DNA of 63,690 nucleotides, the filler included, from Welwitschia mirabilis (lineage: Eukaryota): assembly GCA_051453625.1 (NCBI GenBank). It is 5 parts of one record of this genome, joined end to end, with 100 filler letters (N's around TTAATTAATTAA, not from the genome) between each part and the next. Parts side by side here need not be neighbours in the genome. Positions count along the whole stretch, not along the records: positions 1 to 30,332 come from JBOZIK010000001.1; 4 more parts are not named here. One strand, written 5' to 3'. Shown here piece by piece: positions 13,800 through 27,332 of the stretch (its first letter is position 1; the number at the start of each line of letters is the position of its first letter). The position numbers and the translations under genes were made by a program. The notes under the pieces are model-generated. The model saw nothing but the letters and a program-made list of their open reading frames with translations, was not told where the DNA came from and did no database searches.

Positions 13800-14951
13800 C
13801 AATTATAATATTCTAAGGATTAAATGTGACTTTTAACACCTAAAAAGTTGATATTCTAATTACATATAATACACATTTACATAGTGGAATCAATCCAAAT
13901 GTTATAGGCTTAGAGAAGTCTTTAAAAAGAGAATTTGGAAAATTGATTTTACAAAAGAAGAACATATTTTTGAATTTTTCTTTATAGAAAATGAAATTAA
14001 ACAATGCAAGGATGAAGACAAAATGCAATGCAAAGGAATGAAATGAAATGCAATGTAAAGTAAAATGAATGCAAACCTATTCCAATCTATTATCACTTAG
14101 ATTGGTTCTTATAGACTATATCAATTACAAACTCATGTTACCTTAATTGAAATTAAGATAAGTTATAAGAAAGAAATAAAAAATTATTTGAAAATAATTT
14201 TAATTTAATTAATAACTTTATTAAACAAATTAAAGTACATCCACTTGCAAGAAAAACTCCTCAATGTAAGATTCCCTACCTAATACCAAGGTATTCTTCT
14301 CACAAGTAGGATGGATCTTATTTTCTCTAATAATCTCCAATCGTTGCAAGAATTTAGATGACAAAAATGATATGGAATGAGGCACAAGAGGGTCTATTTA
14401 TAGTCTGGGATGGATAGTTAACGATTATTAAGGGATGTAAAATGAAAAGGCATGATTAGGATATACACTTTCATAATAATTAGATTAGTTTTTCAAATTA
14501 TTCTATTTATTGTTCTTCCTATTATTCTCACGAAATAGTGAATGACCATTTTAATCATCAAATAATTCTTAAAATGTGTTAATCATCCAACCTATGCTGA
14601 CATCCTAGGTGTTATCCAACGACATAGAGGACGACTATCAGAACTTGTTCAATTACTCATGTTGTACATTATTATATAGTGGTTGTTCTAATAACAAATA
14701 AGATGATTGTCATTTTGCATGAGTTCTCCCAATAACATAGTAAACAATTAGTGTTTCATACTCAATTCATCTTGATCATTATGCTTTAGTCCATCATCAT
14801 GCAAAAATATCTTCTTGTGTTGGAAATTGTTGAATTTCATGACCTATATGGAAGATTTACATAATTTGTATAAATCCTTGAAAACCCTATTAATAGGACC
14901 AGAAATTATGCTCCATAAGTATGTCAAATAGGTCAATTTGGCTTTGCAACA
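13800..14951 (-). repeat. 3' LTR of a minus-strand Athila-type element (left boundary approximate)
   Basis: The minus strand reads TAGATGGGGGCTA|TGTTGCAAAGCC, with the PPT at 14952-14964. Reverse complement of the LTR starting at 20761. Its start is duplicated at 15118-15220 across a gap. Confidence 0.75.
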
Positions 14952-16813
14952 TAGCCCCCATCTAACATTTGTTAGTCCCTGATAAAGTAAACAGATAACA
15001 AGTTGCAAGACATCTAANNNNNNNNNNNNNNNNNNNNNNNNNNNNNNNNNNNNNNNNNNNNNNNNNNNNNNNNNNNNNNNNNNNNNNNNNNNNNNNNNNN
15101 NNNNNNNNNNNNNNNNNTGGAAGATTTACATAATTTGTATAAATCCTTGAAAAGCCTATTAATAGGACCAGAAATTATGCTCCATAAATATGTCAAATAG
15201 GTTAATTTGGCTTTGCAACATAGCCCCCACCTAACATTTGTTAGTCCCTGATAAAGTAAATAGATAACAAGTTGCAAGACAACTAACGAAATAAGTGAGA
15301 AAACAAACTCAAAACATGTATATATCATCAAAATTGAGTTTCAATTACAAAATGAAAAACACATCAAAAAAGCATAAGTAAAATCGATGTATACTATCAA
15401 GAATTAGTTCAACATCAATGTATATATTTATGTCAAGTAAAGATAGGTGAAAACTTTTTGGCCCACAAATCATGTAATATATGTGTCTGTCCCCCAACTA
15501 AATGTGCAAGTTATCTTAAGCTATGTAAACCATGAATAGAAGGAGAATAAATTGGTCTAGATATGAAAAATCATCCTATATGGAAATTCAATATAGCCAT
15601 GGACTATATCCTATAAAAGCATGTTTTTGAAACATAAAAAAGATGGTAAACTAGAGTAATAGCTCATGATTGTAAGGTTTAGTGGCAAGAAGGTCATAAA
15701 AAAGAAAGACATTTAAGGAAATAATTACGAGGAAGAGCGTCAATGCTATCATTCTAAAGGATGATCAAGTTAGAGGTCAATTTGATTTTATGCATAATAT
15801 TTAAGTAACAAAAAATGTAATAAGTAGACTAGAAAATGAGAAAGTCCTAAGCATTATTTCGAAAAAAGTGAGAAAAAAGACTTTGAAAAGACAAATAAAT
15901 AAACTAAGATAAGATGAAAAGTAAAATGGACAAGATAGGACATGAAGAAGATTAACTTGATGCCTAAAATTTCAATCTAGCGAAACTTCTTAGTAAAGGT
16001 TATAAAGCTGCTTAATATAGAAATGCATGATTTAATGTAAAAACCATAGAGTACCATTTTAAAGAACAATGATGATAACAATATCTAATGGTTATTTTTA
16101 GCAAAGTATCAAGTCATGTTTTGACTATAATTAAATACCTCTTTAAGTTATAAAAACCATAGTACTTTGATAAGATATTATCTAATGATCAATATACCCA
16201 TATGCTTATGAAGTCTATGCCTTAGAGTGATGGGAGTTTTCAAGTCAATAGGATGTTGAATAACATTGTTCATCATGATGATGAGATTGCAACCACTACT
16301 AAGAGAATAAGGACCTACAAGATAAAGCTAGATCATGACCAACTAATTCTATGATTGAGTCTTCATAGCTATCATATCATACTGCCAAAATCCTCTCTGA
16401 GGAAAAATTACCCTTGTATGTTTGTGGTAGTACATCAAGGAATAATTACATAAGAGTGGTCCTTTTTTTTCAATATTTCCCTCTTACTTTTCATTTTTTT
16501 GTTCTTTTTTATTAACTGAGACTTGCATTTTTAAAGCATTAATTAATCATTGAAATAATAAAGTAACAAAGTATATGGCTAAAAGCAAGCATTTGCATTA
16601 ACCTAATTGATACTTTGTAATAAAACAAGTAAGGATATTAATTGTAAACATTAGAATATTTTAAGATTAGCTAAATATAATATTTACCACATAAAAACTA
16701 AAATCAAAGAATTACTTAATCATGGTAACACCTATGAAAGTTAAACATATATCAAGTTAAAGATTATCAAGTAGTATTATAACTTAAACCAAGGAATAAA
16801 GCTAAGAAAGAAT

Positions 16814-17780
16814 TTAGTAGATGGACAAGGGAAGATCTTCCTTTCTATAAAGAGGATCTTTTAAGTTAATTGCTTCTGCCATGATCAAGGTATAACAACA
16901 ATCATCTGGATATGTATAAAGTTTTAACCTTAATTTATTTACTCTTTGGATTTCTTGAGTTTGAAGGTCAGAGATCTTAACAGAGCCATAAGAATGTATC
17001 CTTTTCACAGATAAGGACCAAGCCATTCAGAGGTCATCTTATTATGTATAATATGTGATCAAGTACTATACAAAAGCAGAAATTAACCTTTATTTGTAAG
17101 TTTAGTAATTTTATCCTTGATAACTAGCTTAATGACATAATTAAGTAAGGCTTTTTTTGGGGAAGGGTGAAGTTGAGAAGTAATGATCAAGGGATTATTA
17201 GAAGTATTATTTAAGAACATGTGCTTCAAGCCATTGGATAAGTCTTTAAGTTGAAAATCATTTTCATCCTTCATAGTTGTAGAACACCCATCTTAATGTA
17301 AAAGATTTTGAATAGATCTTACATGTTGGACATCATGATCAAGTATGGATTCAAAGTCCTCATGAAAATCATTATTGAAATAGTGGTTTAAAAGATTTAG
17401 TTTAAGGTTGTAAGGATTGGAGAACTTTAAAGATTTAAAAATAATAGAAGATTCTTCCTCATCCTCCAACAAGATAGAGTTATATCATGTAAGGTGCCTT
17501 TCTTCTAAAGAATGATGTTAAACTAGCATAAACGACCTAACTTTTTCTTTTATGTTTAATTCATCTTCCATGTCTTTTCTTGTAGCAATGAATGCTCTAA
17601 TATTAAACTTTTTATTACTTATATGACATTTCATCATCCCTGTATAAGTATCAATGACACAATGGGCTATTACACAAAAGGCTCTTTTTAAAAGTTGAGG
17701 GTATCCACCATTATGTTTAAACTCTCTAATGATCACATCTATAGGGTAAAAATCTTTCTCAATTTCAATCATCAAATCTT
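16814..17780 (-). pseudogene. pol: Fused pol remnants: protease tail, PR-RT linker and integrase C-terminus
   Basis: Track ORFs 17518-17775 (IEIEKDFYPIDVII...GGYPQLLKRAF), 17083-17274 and 16814-17026 (SYGSVKISDL...RVNKLRLKLY). They align with 25260-25500, 24880-25020 and 21533-21790 respectively. Confidence 0.8.
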
Positions 17781-18664
17781 TGGTTATTCTTATAGGTTTC
17801 TAAATAATTGTAGGAAGGTTTTCTAAATGAGGTAGAATCATTAGAATGTTGAAAATTTTTGTTGTCATTTCTATATGAAGTTTGAAAAGAAGAGGGAAAA
17901 TAATAAGATGGTTAAAAAGATAAAAGGGCTCAATTCCTTCTCTCAACATCATTTTCTGTTATTCTCCCTCTTTTTGAAAAAAATTCTTGAATTGTTTTCT
18001 TGCCATTGTCCTCAAAATTTTTCAAGTTTCTAAGAATTTTCCCAATGGTCCTTTTATATTTTACTATTCATTAAAGTAATTGAGAAGAATGGAATAAGAG
18101 AATTTAATTCAAGATGGTAAGGAAGATAAGTACATGATAAAGATTAAGTTCTTCTATCTTTGATGTTTTATTGTTTTATCAAAATTGTTAGACCCTTAAC
18201 ACTCAAAAGATGTGTAATGGCTATCGTTTTAACTATCATGGGGATAACTAACAAAATAACCATAGAAAAAAGGAAAATTGTAAAATAGAAGGATGTATTA
18301 TAGAGAGTAAAAGCAACTACTATCATCCTTTGTATCATGGAAATGATAACGGAAACTACATATTATTATGCTATAAAAACCAAAAACATAAATATTAAAA
18401 GAAAAAACTTGCAAAAAAAAAAACCTAAAAATTTTAGGTTTATTTTTATAATTTTTGTTTTCTGTAGCATTAATAAGTACTATCATCCTTAGTGTCATGG
18501 GAATAATAGAGGGGACGAAAGTACTTATTAATGGTATAAAAAAAATTACAAAAATAAACCTACTAAACCCTAATAAAAATATAATACTACTTAAAATAAA
18601 TAACCTAAACTAAAATCCAAGGTACTTATTTGTATAGTAATAATCCTCTAACTCCTTGTGGCCT

Positions 18665-18685
18665 TCCCCGACAATGGTTTCAGAA
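18665..18685 (-). promoter_or_regulatory. Primer-binding site, Athila tRNA-Asp type
   Basis: The minus strand reads TTCTGAAACCATTGTCGGGGA directly after the LTR's CA end, versus TGGCGCCGTTGCCGGGGA. Confidence 0.7.
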
Positions 18686-20046
18686 TGTTGTGGTGTGAAT
18701 TTATGCAATCTTTAAGTCCTTAGTTAAAGCCTATAAACCATAATACTTATAAACAACACACACGAGTATAGATGGGAGTTAATCAAAATGTTGTAATCTA
18801 TTGAAGGCACTAGGCTAGAAGTTAGATAATTAATTTCAAAAAGTATTTTAGTATTTTCTTTTTTAGTATATTAAAGTAAACAATAATGCAAATACAATGC
18901 AAAATAAATGATAATAAAATGTAATGGATGAAATGCAAGTGAGATGAGTTCTATTAGAATTCCAATCCTTTTATGACAAGAATTAGATCTTATAATTCAA
19001 ATCAATTAGGAATAGTTGATCACTTATCCATAACCAATATAAAATATAAGATATACCAAAAAGAATGTGAATAATGCAAATATGAAATGGAATAAAGGAA
19101 ATGCAACGCAAGATCTAAACTAATAGAGTTAATCTTAATAAAGGTTTTCCTTATGATCGAAATAAACTATAGAGCTTTCACCAAACTATAATCAACTTAA
19201 ACCATAAGGGGAATTTACACACTAGTAGTGAAAAGAGCAAGTAAATTAACCATTAGCTTTTACTTCTGATTACAACATAGTAGAATTACTTCAATGGAGG
19301 ATATGCAGCTCAACACCAAAATAAACTTCTCTCTCTAGCTACTGGATGAACCTCTTGTCCTTCAATCTTCCATCATAAAAATATCTAGTACAAAAGATGA
19401 ATTAGAAATGAGGATAAAAAAGGTATTTATAATTTTACATTGAAGGTTCTAGAATTGTAACCCTATAAGTCAGAAAAAAAACCCTAGTAGCCCAGATGGG
19501 ATGCATGACTCCATTACAAGATAATTCAGTCCTACTTATACAAAATAGTTATTGTCCTCACTATTGTGGGGATGACACTAGTGATGATGCCATATAATAA
19601 CAGATAAGTCATTAGCTTTTGGCTCTACAATCAGCCTTGTAGTTGGCTCCAAATGTGCTGTTATTCCTCATGTCATGGGAAAGATAATAGGGATGATACC
19701 TCCTTAGAAAAAGGACTTCATTAGATTCTAACTCCAGTCCACTTCACTGTCGCAATAGGCTATTAAAGTGCTATCATCCTGTCTATCATGGGGATGAAAA
19801 GTGAATGACAAGCCTCTCTATCTTCCAGATCAAAGAAAAATCAGTCTTCTGCATGGTTAATGTTTTCTTCAAGGCATGAAGTATTACATAAGCATGAGAT
19901 GCCTTCAAATATGCTAAGAATTTCATGTTTCAGTGAACATCCTATCAACTCTCTATAATCATTAGAATTGCATCCAAACCTGTATAAATTTCCTACAAAA
20001 GTACTCAAAATACACCATCAAATTCCTATAAATTGGCATCACAACA
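18686..20046 (-). repeat. Athila-type 5' LTR (1361 bp)
   Basis: Minus strand TGTTGTGATGCCAA...CACACCACAACA, followed by the PBS. TATAAATACC motif near 19422-19431. Homologous to 3024-4668. Confidence 0.88.
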
Positions 20047-20760
20047 ACTATGGTGAATGAAATTATGTCACTGCAATCTGAGCCATAATGACTTGATAAT
20101 ATATGATTTATTTTAGGAATTTATAGTATATTATAGAAATGAAGGTTTTACTATTAGATGATTCAAATTAGACCTTTAGAGTTAGCTTGTTTTCCTATAT
20201 TTTCCATAAATGTTCATTTAATCTTACTCTTGATTTTTGATTTTCTTTGAATTCTTATAGGTTAAAGAAGTTTGTGTCATCACTGTTTAATCTTCTACCT
20301 AGATTTATTCTCATAGAAAGAATGACATCGAATGTGATTAGTTTATAAATTATAAAACCTAGACATGGATAATAAATATTAAATAACATTTAAAATAAAC
20401 TATTCTATGTTTAATAACCATAAATACATCAATGATGGAAAAGAAGAGTAGATTTAATTAGAAATCAAATTGCATTAGTGTTTAAACTTGAATTTTTACA
20501 TATTTTACTCTTTAATTTTAGTTAACAATATCTTTTTAAGGTTATAAATATCATGTCTACCATTGAATTATTATTAACCAAGTTTTATTCTAATAATTTC
20601 TAAAATTTTATTAAAAAATAACTAATACTTAAAATTTTAATTAGACATTACTTTAAGCAGTTAAGCTTCCATAGAAGCTAAGCTATCCAATAAAACTAAC
20701 GCCATTTCCTGGACCAATGTTGTTGATGTTCTTATGGGAAATAGGTCCTAAAGAAGATGG

Positions 20761-21432
20761 TGTTGTGATGCCTAACCTATTTAATACACTTGTGGAGTAC
20801 CATATGAGGTCTTATTGATAGGTTTTTCTAGGAATTTACGAAAATTACATAAAGATTCCATATAGATCAAAAGATGTAATAATTTCCAATACAAGAAGCT
20901 ATTTTTGAATGATGATGAATCAAAGCAATTTGATGAATATATTATGATCGTCCTCCATGTTATGGGTACGATAGAGGGGATAATAGCTAGTAAAGTATGG
21001 TCATCCACTATGTTGTAGGGATGATAATCAGTACAATAGTTAGTGTATTTGACACGTTCTGAGCATTAAGTGATAGATGGAGTGTCGTCATCTATGTCGT
21101 GGGGATGACACGATAGATGACAATCAAAATAATTTATAAAGTTAATTAAATTGTTATAAAAGATTGCATCTAATTCATATCTTTTCATTTCACATCCTTT
21201 GTAACCTATCCTAATCTATAAATAGACCCTTTCAGACCCATCCTACTTTTAAGAAGGACCACCTTAGTGTTAAGCAGTGAATATTCTATTAAGGAGTTGT
21301 TGTTGTAAGTGGATGTAATTCAATTTCATTAATAAAAGCATTAATTAAATTAAAGTATTTTCAAATGTTTTATTGTTCTTTCTTATAGCTTATCTTAATT
21401 GCAATTTAAGTGATATGAATTTGTAATTGAAA
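20761..21432 (+). repeat. Athila-type LTR, 5' part, running into a gap
   Basis: Starts TGTTGTGATGCC. CTATAAATAG at ~21216. Reverse-complement match to 14130-14951. Confidence 0.8.
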
Positions 21433-21532
21433 NNNNNNNNNNNNNNNNNNNNNNNNNNNNNNNNNNNNNNNNNNNNNNNNNNNNNNNNNNNNNNNNNNNN
21501 NNNNNNNNNNNNNNNNNNNNNNNNNNNNNNNN

Positions 21533-24500
21533 AGATGGACAAGGGGATATCCTCCATTTTAAAAAGGGTATCTTCCAAGTTAATTTTTTTTTATCATGTT
21601 TAAGGTATAAGAACAGTCATCTAGAGATGTATAAAGTTTTAACCTATTATCATTTATGTTTTGGATTTCTTGATTTTGAAGATTAGAAATCTCAATGGAG
21701 CCATTAGGATGCACCCTTTCCACATGACAAGGACTAAGTAATTTAGAGATAAACTTATTATGTAATAGATGTACTCAAGTATTATACAAAATCATGAATT
21801 CTCCTAGTTCAATGAATTTATGGAGAAGCTTTTTCTCATGATGAAACTTGGCTTGGGCATTCTGGATGATATGTTAATGGATAACACTCATTATTTCCTA
21901 ATTAAGGTTTTGAAGTTGTGTTGTACAATAGTGAACATTCTTATCATGATTTAACACATTAAGTTAATGAGTAGTACNNNNNNNNNNNNNNNNNNNNNNN
22001 NNNNNNNNNNNNNNNNNNNNNNNNNNNNNNNNNNNNNNNNNNNNNNNNNNNNNNNNNNNNNNNNNNNNNNNNNNNNNNNNNNNNNNNNNNNNNNNNNNNN
22101 NNNNNNNNNNNNNNNNNNNNNNNNNNNNNNNNNNNNNNNNNNNNNNNNNNNNNNNNNNNNNNNNNNNNNNNNNNNNNNNNNNNNNNNNNNNNNNNNNNNN
22201 NNNNNNNNNNNNNNNNNNNNNNNNNNNNNNNNNNNNNNNNNNNNNNNNNNNNNNNNNNNNNNNNNNNNNNNNNNNNNNNNNNNNNNNNNNNNNNNNNNNN
22301 NNNNNNNNNNNNNNNNNNNNNNNNNNNNNNNNNNNNNNNNNNNNNNNNNNNNNNNNNNNNNNNNNNNNNNNNNNNNNNNNNNNNNNNNNNNNNNNNNNNN
22401 NNNNNNNNNNNNNNNNNNNNNNNNNNNNNNNNNNNNNNNNNNNNNNNNNNNNNNNNNNNNNNNNNNNNNNNNNNNNNNNNNNNNNNNNNNNNNNNNNNNN
22501 NNNNNNNNNNNNNNNNNNNNNNNNNNNNNNNNNNNNNNNNNNNNNNNNNNNNNNNNNNNNNNNNNNNNNNNNNNNNNNNNNNNNNNNNNNNNNNNNNNNN
22601 NNNNNNNNNNNNNNNNNNNNNNNNNNNNNNNNNNNNNGTCCATAGCACATTATTAAGTTTGAGAGACCAAGATTTCTTATTTTTGAAAATAAGTTTCTAG
22701 AGTATCTTCTTAATTCCTTTATTAGCATTCTTAGATTAACCATTTATTTGAGGATGATAGGCATTTGCATTTCTATGTTCAATTACTACAAAAAGGAGGA
22801 GTTTTCTAAGAACCTTATTAATGAAGTGGTTTCCGTGATTATTAATTAAGATTCTAGAAAAGTCAAACCTATGGAAGATATTGGATTTTAAAAAGGAACA
22901 CATAGATTTGACATCATTAATTTGAGGATGAATTACTTCAACCCATTCATGACATAGTCTATGATTACTAAGATGTAATTCTTGTTGTAAGAAAATGGTT
23001 TAAGAGGGCCTATAAAATCTATACCATATTAATCAAAAGGTTCACAATCAAAAATAGGTTGTAAGAATATATCATAAGATTTGATTAGGCTTCCCAAACA
23101 TTAACATGTATCACATCTTCACGCATGATCAAAAAAGTCTTTAAAAAATGTAAGCAAATAGAAGCTAGAATGAAGAATTTTGATAACCATTGTTTAACCA
23201 CTAAAGTGACCTCCACCTACATCATCATGACAAAGGGAAAGAATGTCAAGTTATTCCTACTCTAGCACATACTTATGCATGATTTTATCTTTATATCTTT
23301 GGTAGAGGTATGACTCATTCCATTCATAATTCCCTATTCTATGGAGAAAAGATTTTCTTTGATTAGAAGTCCAATGTTAGAGGGTTTTAAAAGTGATAAG
23401 ATAGTTCACAATATTAGTATATTAAGGAGTGAGATGTTGAGAGGATATAGCAGATAAATTATGAATGTAAAATAATTATTCATTAGAAAAGAAATCCTCG
23501 ATGAAAATATTGGAAGAGAAATGAAAAGGATATCTTTCTTGAGGTATTCTTGAAAGATGATCAACAACATGATTATTTTTACCTTCTTTACTTATGGTCA
23601 TTAAGTTGAATTTTTACATGAGAAGTATCCATCAAATAAGTCTAGTACTTGAATTTTTTTGTCATAAGGTAGCGAATGGTTGCATGATTAGTGTAGACAT
23701 CAATATGAAAACCAAAAAAGTAATGTATTAGTTTATCAAGATAAAAGATGATAGCAAGCGTTTCTTTTTTAGTGGTGATATAATTCAATTTAGGTCTTGA
23801 AAGAATTTTACTAATATAAGTAATAACTTTTTCTTCCTTTCTATGTTTTTGTCCTAAAACTCCACCTATGGCAATATCGCTATCATCATACATTAATTTA
23901 AAATCTATGATCAAATTAAGTCCTCTTATAATGGGTTTAGAAATGATTTTATCCTTAATATTTTCAAAGGAATTTTTATAATCTTTACTCCAATCAAACT
24001 TAGCATCTTTTTCAAGGAGGGAATGAAGGGTTTGCAAATCTTGACATAGTCCTTAATAAATATTCGATAAAATTAAGCATGCTTAAGAAAGAATCTCACT
24101 TGTTTAACATTTCTTGGAGGAAAGAGATTCTTGATGATGTCTATCTTAGAAGGGTTTAATCTAATATCATTACAAGAAATGTGATGACCAAGTAAAATTT
24201 CATCCCTCATAAGAAAATGATTCTTCTCCTAACTAAGATAAAGGCCACTCTCTATACAATGATTAAGAACTTTTTCTAATCTTTCCAAGGTTTGTTCAAA
24301 AGAGTCATCAAAGATAGAAACATTATCCATAAAGATCTCAATAGAATCCTCAATATACCCATTATGACTCTTTGGAAGGTTCTCAGAGCATTACATCACC
24401 CAAAGGAATTTTTTTTAAAGGCAAAAGCAGCAAAAGAGAAGATGAAGGTTGTCTTAAATTTATCTTCATTGGTAATGCACACTTGGATGTAATCACTATA

Positions 24501-27332
24501 TTCATTAAGAAATAAATAGTAAGCATGACCTTGAATCCTATCAAGAACTTAATCAAGAAAAGGCAAGGGGTAATGATATTTCTTGGTTACATCATTTGGT
24601 TTTCTAAAATCAATGCATAATCATAACTTTCCTCTCTTTTTAGGTACTATAGTAAGAGAACTAACCCATTTACTATAAAAAATGGTATACATGATATCTA
24701 TGTCCATAAGCTTTATGATTTCATCCTTGACTACTTACTTAATGATAAGATTAAGTCTTCTTTGAGGTTTCTAATGAGTTTAGCATTATTATTTAGGTGA
24801 ATTTTGTATTGAATAATATGAGGAATAACACTAAGATCTTTATGAGTCTAAGTACAAGCTTTTATTTTTGAAGTAAGAAGTTGAATTTAGGATTTTTCTT
24901 AGGAAGGATGAAGTTCAAAATTAATGATTAATGGTTTACTAGGATTATTATTTAGGGAAATGTATTTTAAACCATTGGATAAGTCTTTACATTGAAGATC
25001 ATTTTCATCCTTCACAGTTGTAGAACACCCATTTTGATGTGAAATATTTTTAATGGATCTTACATGTTGGATATCATGATCAAGTGTGGGATCAAATTTC
25101 TCATGAAAATCATCATTGGAAAAGTGTTTTAAGAGATCTTGGTTGATATTGGAAGGATTTTAGAAGTTTAAAGATTTAATAATAATAGAAGATTCCTCTT
25201 CATTATCAAACAAGGTAGAGTCATGTAATGTAATGAACCTTTCCTCTAAAGGATGATGTTGGACTAACATAGAGGACCTAACCTTTTATTTCATGTTTAA
25301 TTCATCTCCCATGTCTTTCTTAGTGTTATTTAATTGCCTATATGATACTTCATCATCCCCATATAATATCAATAACACAACAGACTATTACATAAAAGGC
25401 TCTTCTTAAAGTAGAGGGTATCCTTCATTATGCTCAACCTCAATTATGACCACATCTATAATGTAGAAAGACTCCTCAATTTGAATCACTGAGTCTTTGA
25501 TTATGGCATTAGCTAATTCCAACACCATTCTAGTAAGTTTAATCCTCCATTATAATCTAAAATTTTTACAAATATACAAAGGCATAATGTTTACACTTTC
25601 CCCTATGTATATTAAGGCTTTCTTAATTTTATTATGTTCCTCTAAAACAACACAAATAATGGATATCCCCAGACCTTTAAACTTAGGACATTTTTAAAAA
25701 ACCAAGTTGGGAAGGGATTGTACAATGAATACTTTACTTGGGATTTACTCTCTTGTTTTCTTCTCATTAAGTCCTTTCTAATTTTATTGTACTTGGGATT
25801 ATCTTGAAGGGTCTTTGAAAANNNNNNNNNNNNNNNNNNNNNTTCATAATTTCCTTCAAATACTCATAATAAGTTAGATATGTATCTAATTTATCCATAC
25901 ATGGGGTAGTTTTCTTCTTTAGATATTAGTTGTTATTATTGGATTTAGAGTTTAGAGTATGAGAAAGGTTTAGTTGATCAAGAATTTTAACATCATTTTC
26001 TTGAGGTACTTCCTCATATTTGTGAAAAGAAGTTAAGGGTTTTTCATGGGTAGTAGTATCATGTCCACTTCTTATTATTAATTTCTAATCTTTTTCACAT
26101 CATTTGGGTTTGTAATAGTTTGGATAGCAAGTNNNNNNNNNNNNNNNNNNNNNNNNNNNNNNNNNNNNNNNNNNNNNNNNNNNNNNNNNNNNNNNNNNNN
26201 NNNNNNNNNNNNNNNNNNNNNNNNNNNNNNNNGGAATAGTTTGGATAGTAAGTGATCCTTTAGGCCTTTTATTTCTTAGCATTTTTTGTTAAAGGAGTCC
26301 AATCAAATTTTTTAAGTTCTTGTTTTGATTTTCTAGAATCACATTAATGGTATCTTGCATCTTTTTGAGTTGTTCCATTATGTCCTTACAAGAGTTATTT
26401 CTATTATAGTTGGAAAAATTGGGCTGAGAGTATGGCTTTGGAATTTTTTATGAAAGAAGGGTTTGAAAGATGTTGAAGACTCATTATTTCATGGTGGATA
26501 TAATTAGTTTCTTCTAAATTTTTTTAGCCTTTGATTGAATGCATAAACTTCATTGAACATGGCTTCTCTACAAGTTGATAAGCTGGGCATTCTTTAGTAG
26601 GGTGAGAGTTTTCATCACATATTTCACAATGGTTGAGTTGATTTAGTAATTTTGCATCAATTAATGCTTTTTTGTAACTCTATAAGGTACTAGTAAGATC
26701 ACTTAGTAGGTTGTTAACCTTTGGTTGTTCTTTTTCATGTTGCACATTTTTCAAATCTCTAAGCATTTCACCTACAGTTCTAATGAATTCTTTCTACAAG
26801 GTATTCTAATAATTTTTAAGCATCATCTAAGACTAAATTTAGTAAATTCCATCACATAAAAAACCTATCATTTATTTAGTTTTACTATTCAATCCACTCT
26901 AGAAGTGATCAATAAGTTCTTCTTTTGAAAACTTATTTACTGGATTGAATACTATGGATATAAAAAATATTTCATATGTTGATGNNNNNNNNNNNNNNNN
27001 NNNNNNNNNNNNNNNNNNNNNNNNNNNNNNNNNNNNNNNNNNNNNNNNNNNNNNNNNNNNNNNNNNNNNNNNNNNNNNNNNNNNATTCCAACTCTGAAGG
27101 CTTTTGTATTTGATGGTTTTAAGCCAATTTTTTTGCTTTTTCCTCTAAGGTAAAGGAAACAGTGATCATATAGATTCTATCTGAAATTTTGTTTTTCCCA
27201 TTCCCAGAGTGAGGATGAATTATTCAATCTCAGCTATGTGTTGGAATGAGTCCTCATTAGGTTCTCTAAAAAAGGTAGGATAGGCATTTAAGTTCTTTAA
27301 CTCTACATCATCTCTAGTGGGTAGGTTAAATG
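21533..27332 (-). pseudogene. pol: Full-order gag-PR-RT-RNaseH-IN remnant of an autonomous-type Ty3/gypsy Athila element
   Basis: gag NLPTRDDVELKNLNAYPTFFREPNEDSFQHIAEIE (~27330-27220), protease ~25700-25400, RT IEIFMDNVSI (~24345-24315), RNase H ORF 23642-24037 (FKLMYDDSDIAIGGVLGQ...NYITTKKETLAIIF...VYTNHATIRYLM), integrase ~23250-21533. Gypsy domain order, with many stops and frameshifts. Confidence 0.9.

Larger units (their letters stand above)
78..13800 (-). mobile_element. Decayed Ty3/gypsy Athila-type element (gag + protease, no RT/IN seen), split by an 8.5 kb insertion at 2977-11485
   Basis: Gag remnant at 11491-13100 and protease remnant at 2200-2976. The two halves rejoin as ...EAIKKV-P-SYAKF... 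once the insertion and one AAGGC copy are removed. A 3' non-coding region and PPT lie at 1067-2200. The 5' boundary is approximate. Confidence 0.75.
13800..20046 (-). mobile_element. Internally deleted, possibly chimeric Athila-type element
   Basis: Minus-strand order: LTR (20046-18686), PBS, leader, protease tail, PR-RT linker, integrase C-terminus, 3' UTR, PPT, LTR. The gag core, RT, RNase H and integrase core are missing, and the two LTRs differ internally. Confidence 0.6.

Noticed and set aside
13840..14096. Short F/I/L-rich ORFs (also 18298-18498, 39394-39606, 52655-52843)
   Set aside because: Chance ORFs from T-rich LTR/UTR or intergenic sequence, with no motif or splice context.
13800..21432. 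Large inverted repeat (14130-14951 versus 20761-21432) as DNA-transposon TIRs
   Set aside because: Both arms are LTRs of the same variant inserted in opposite orientation. One has an adjacent PPT and no shared TSD is evident.
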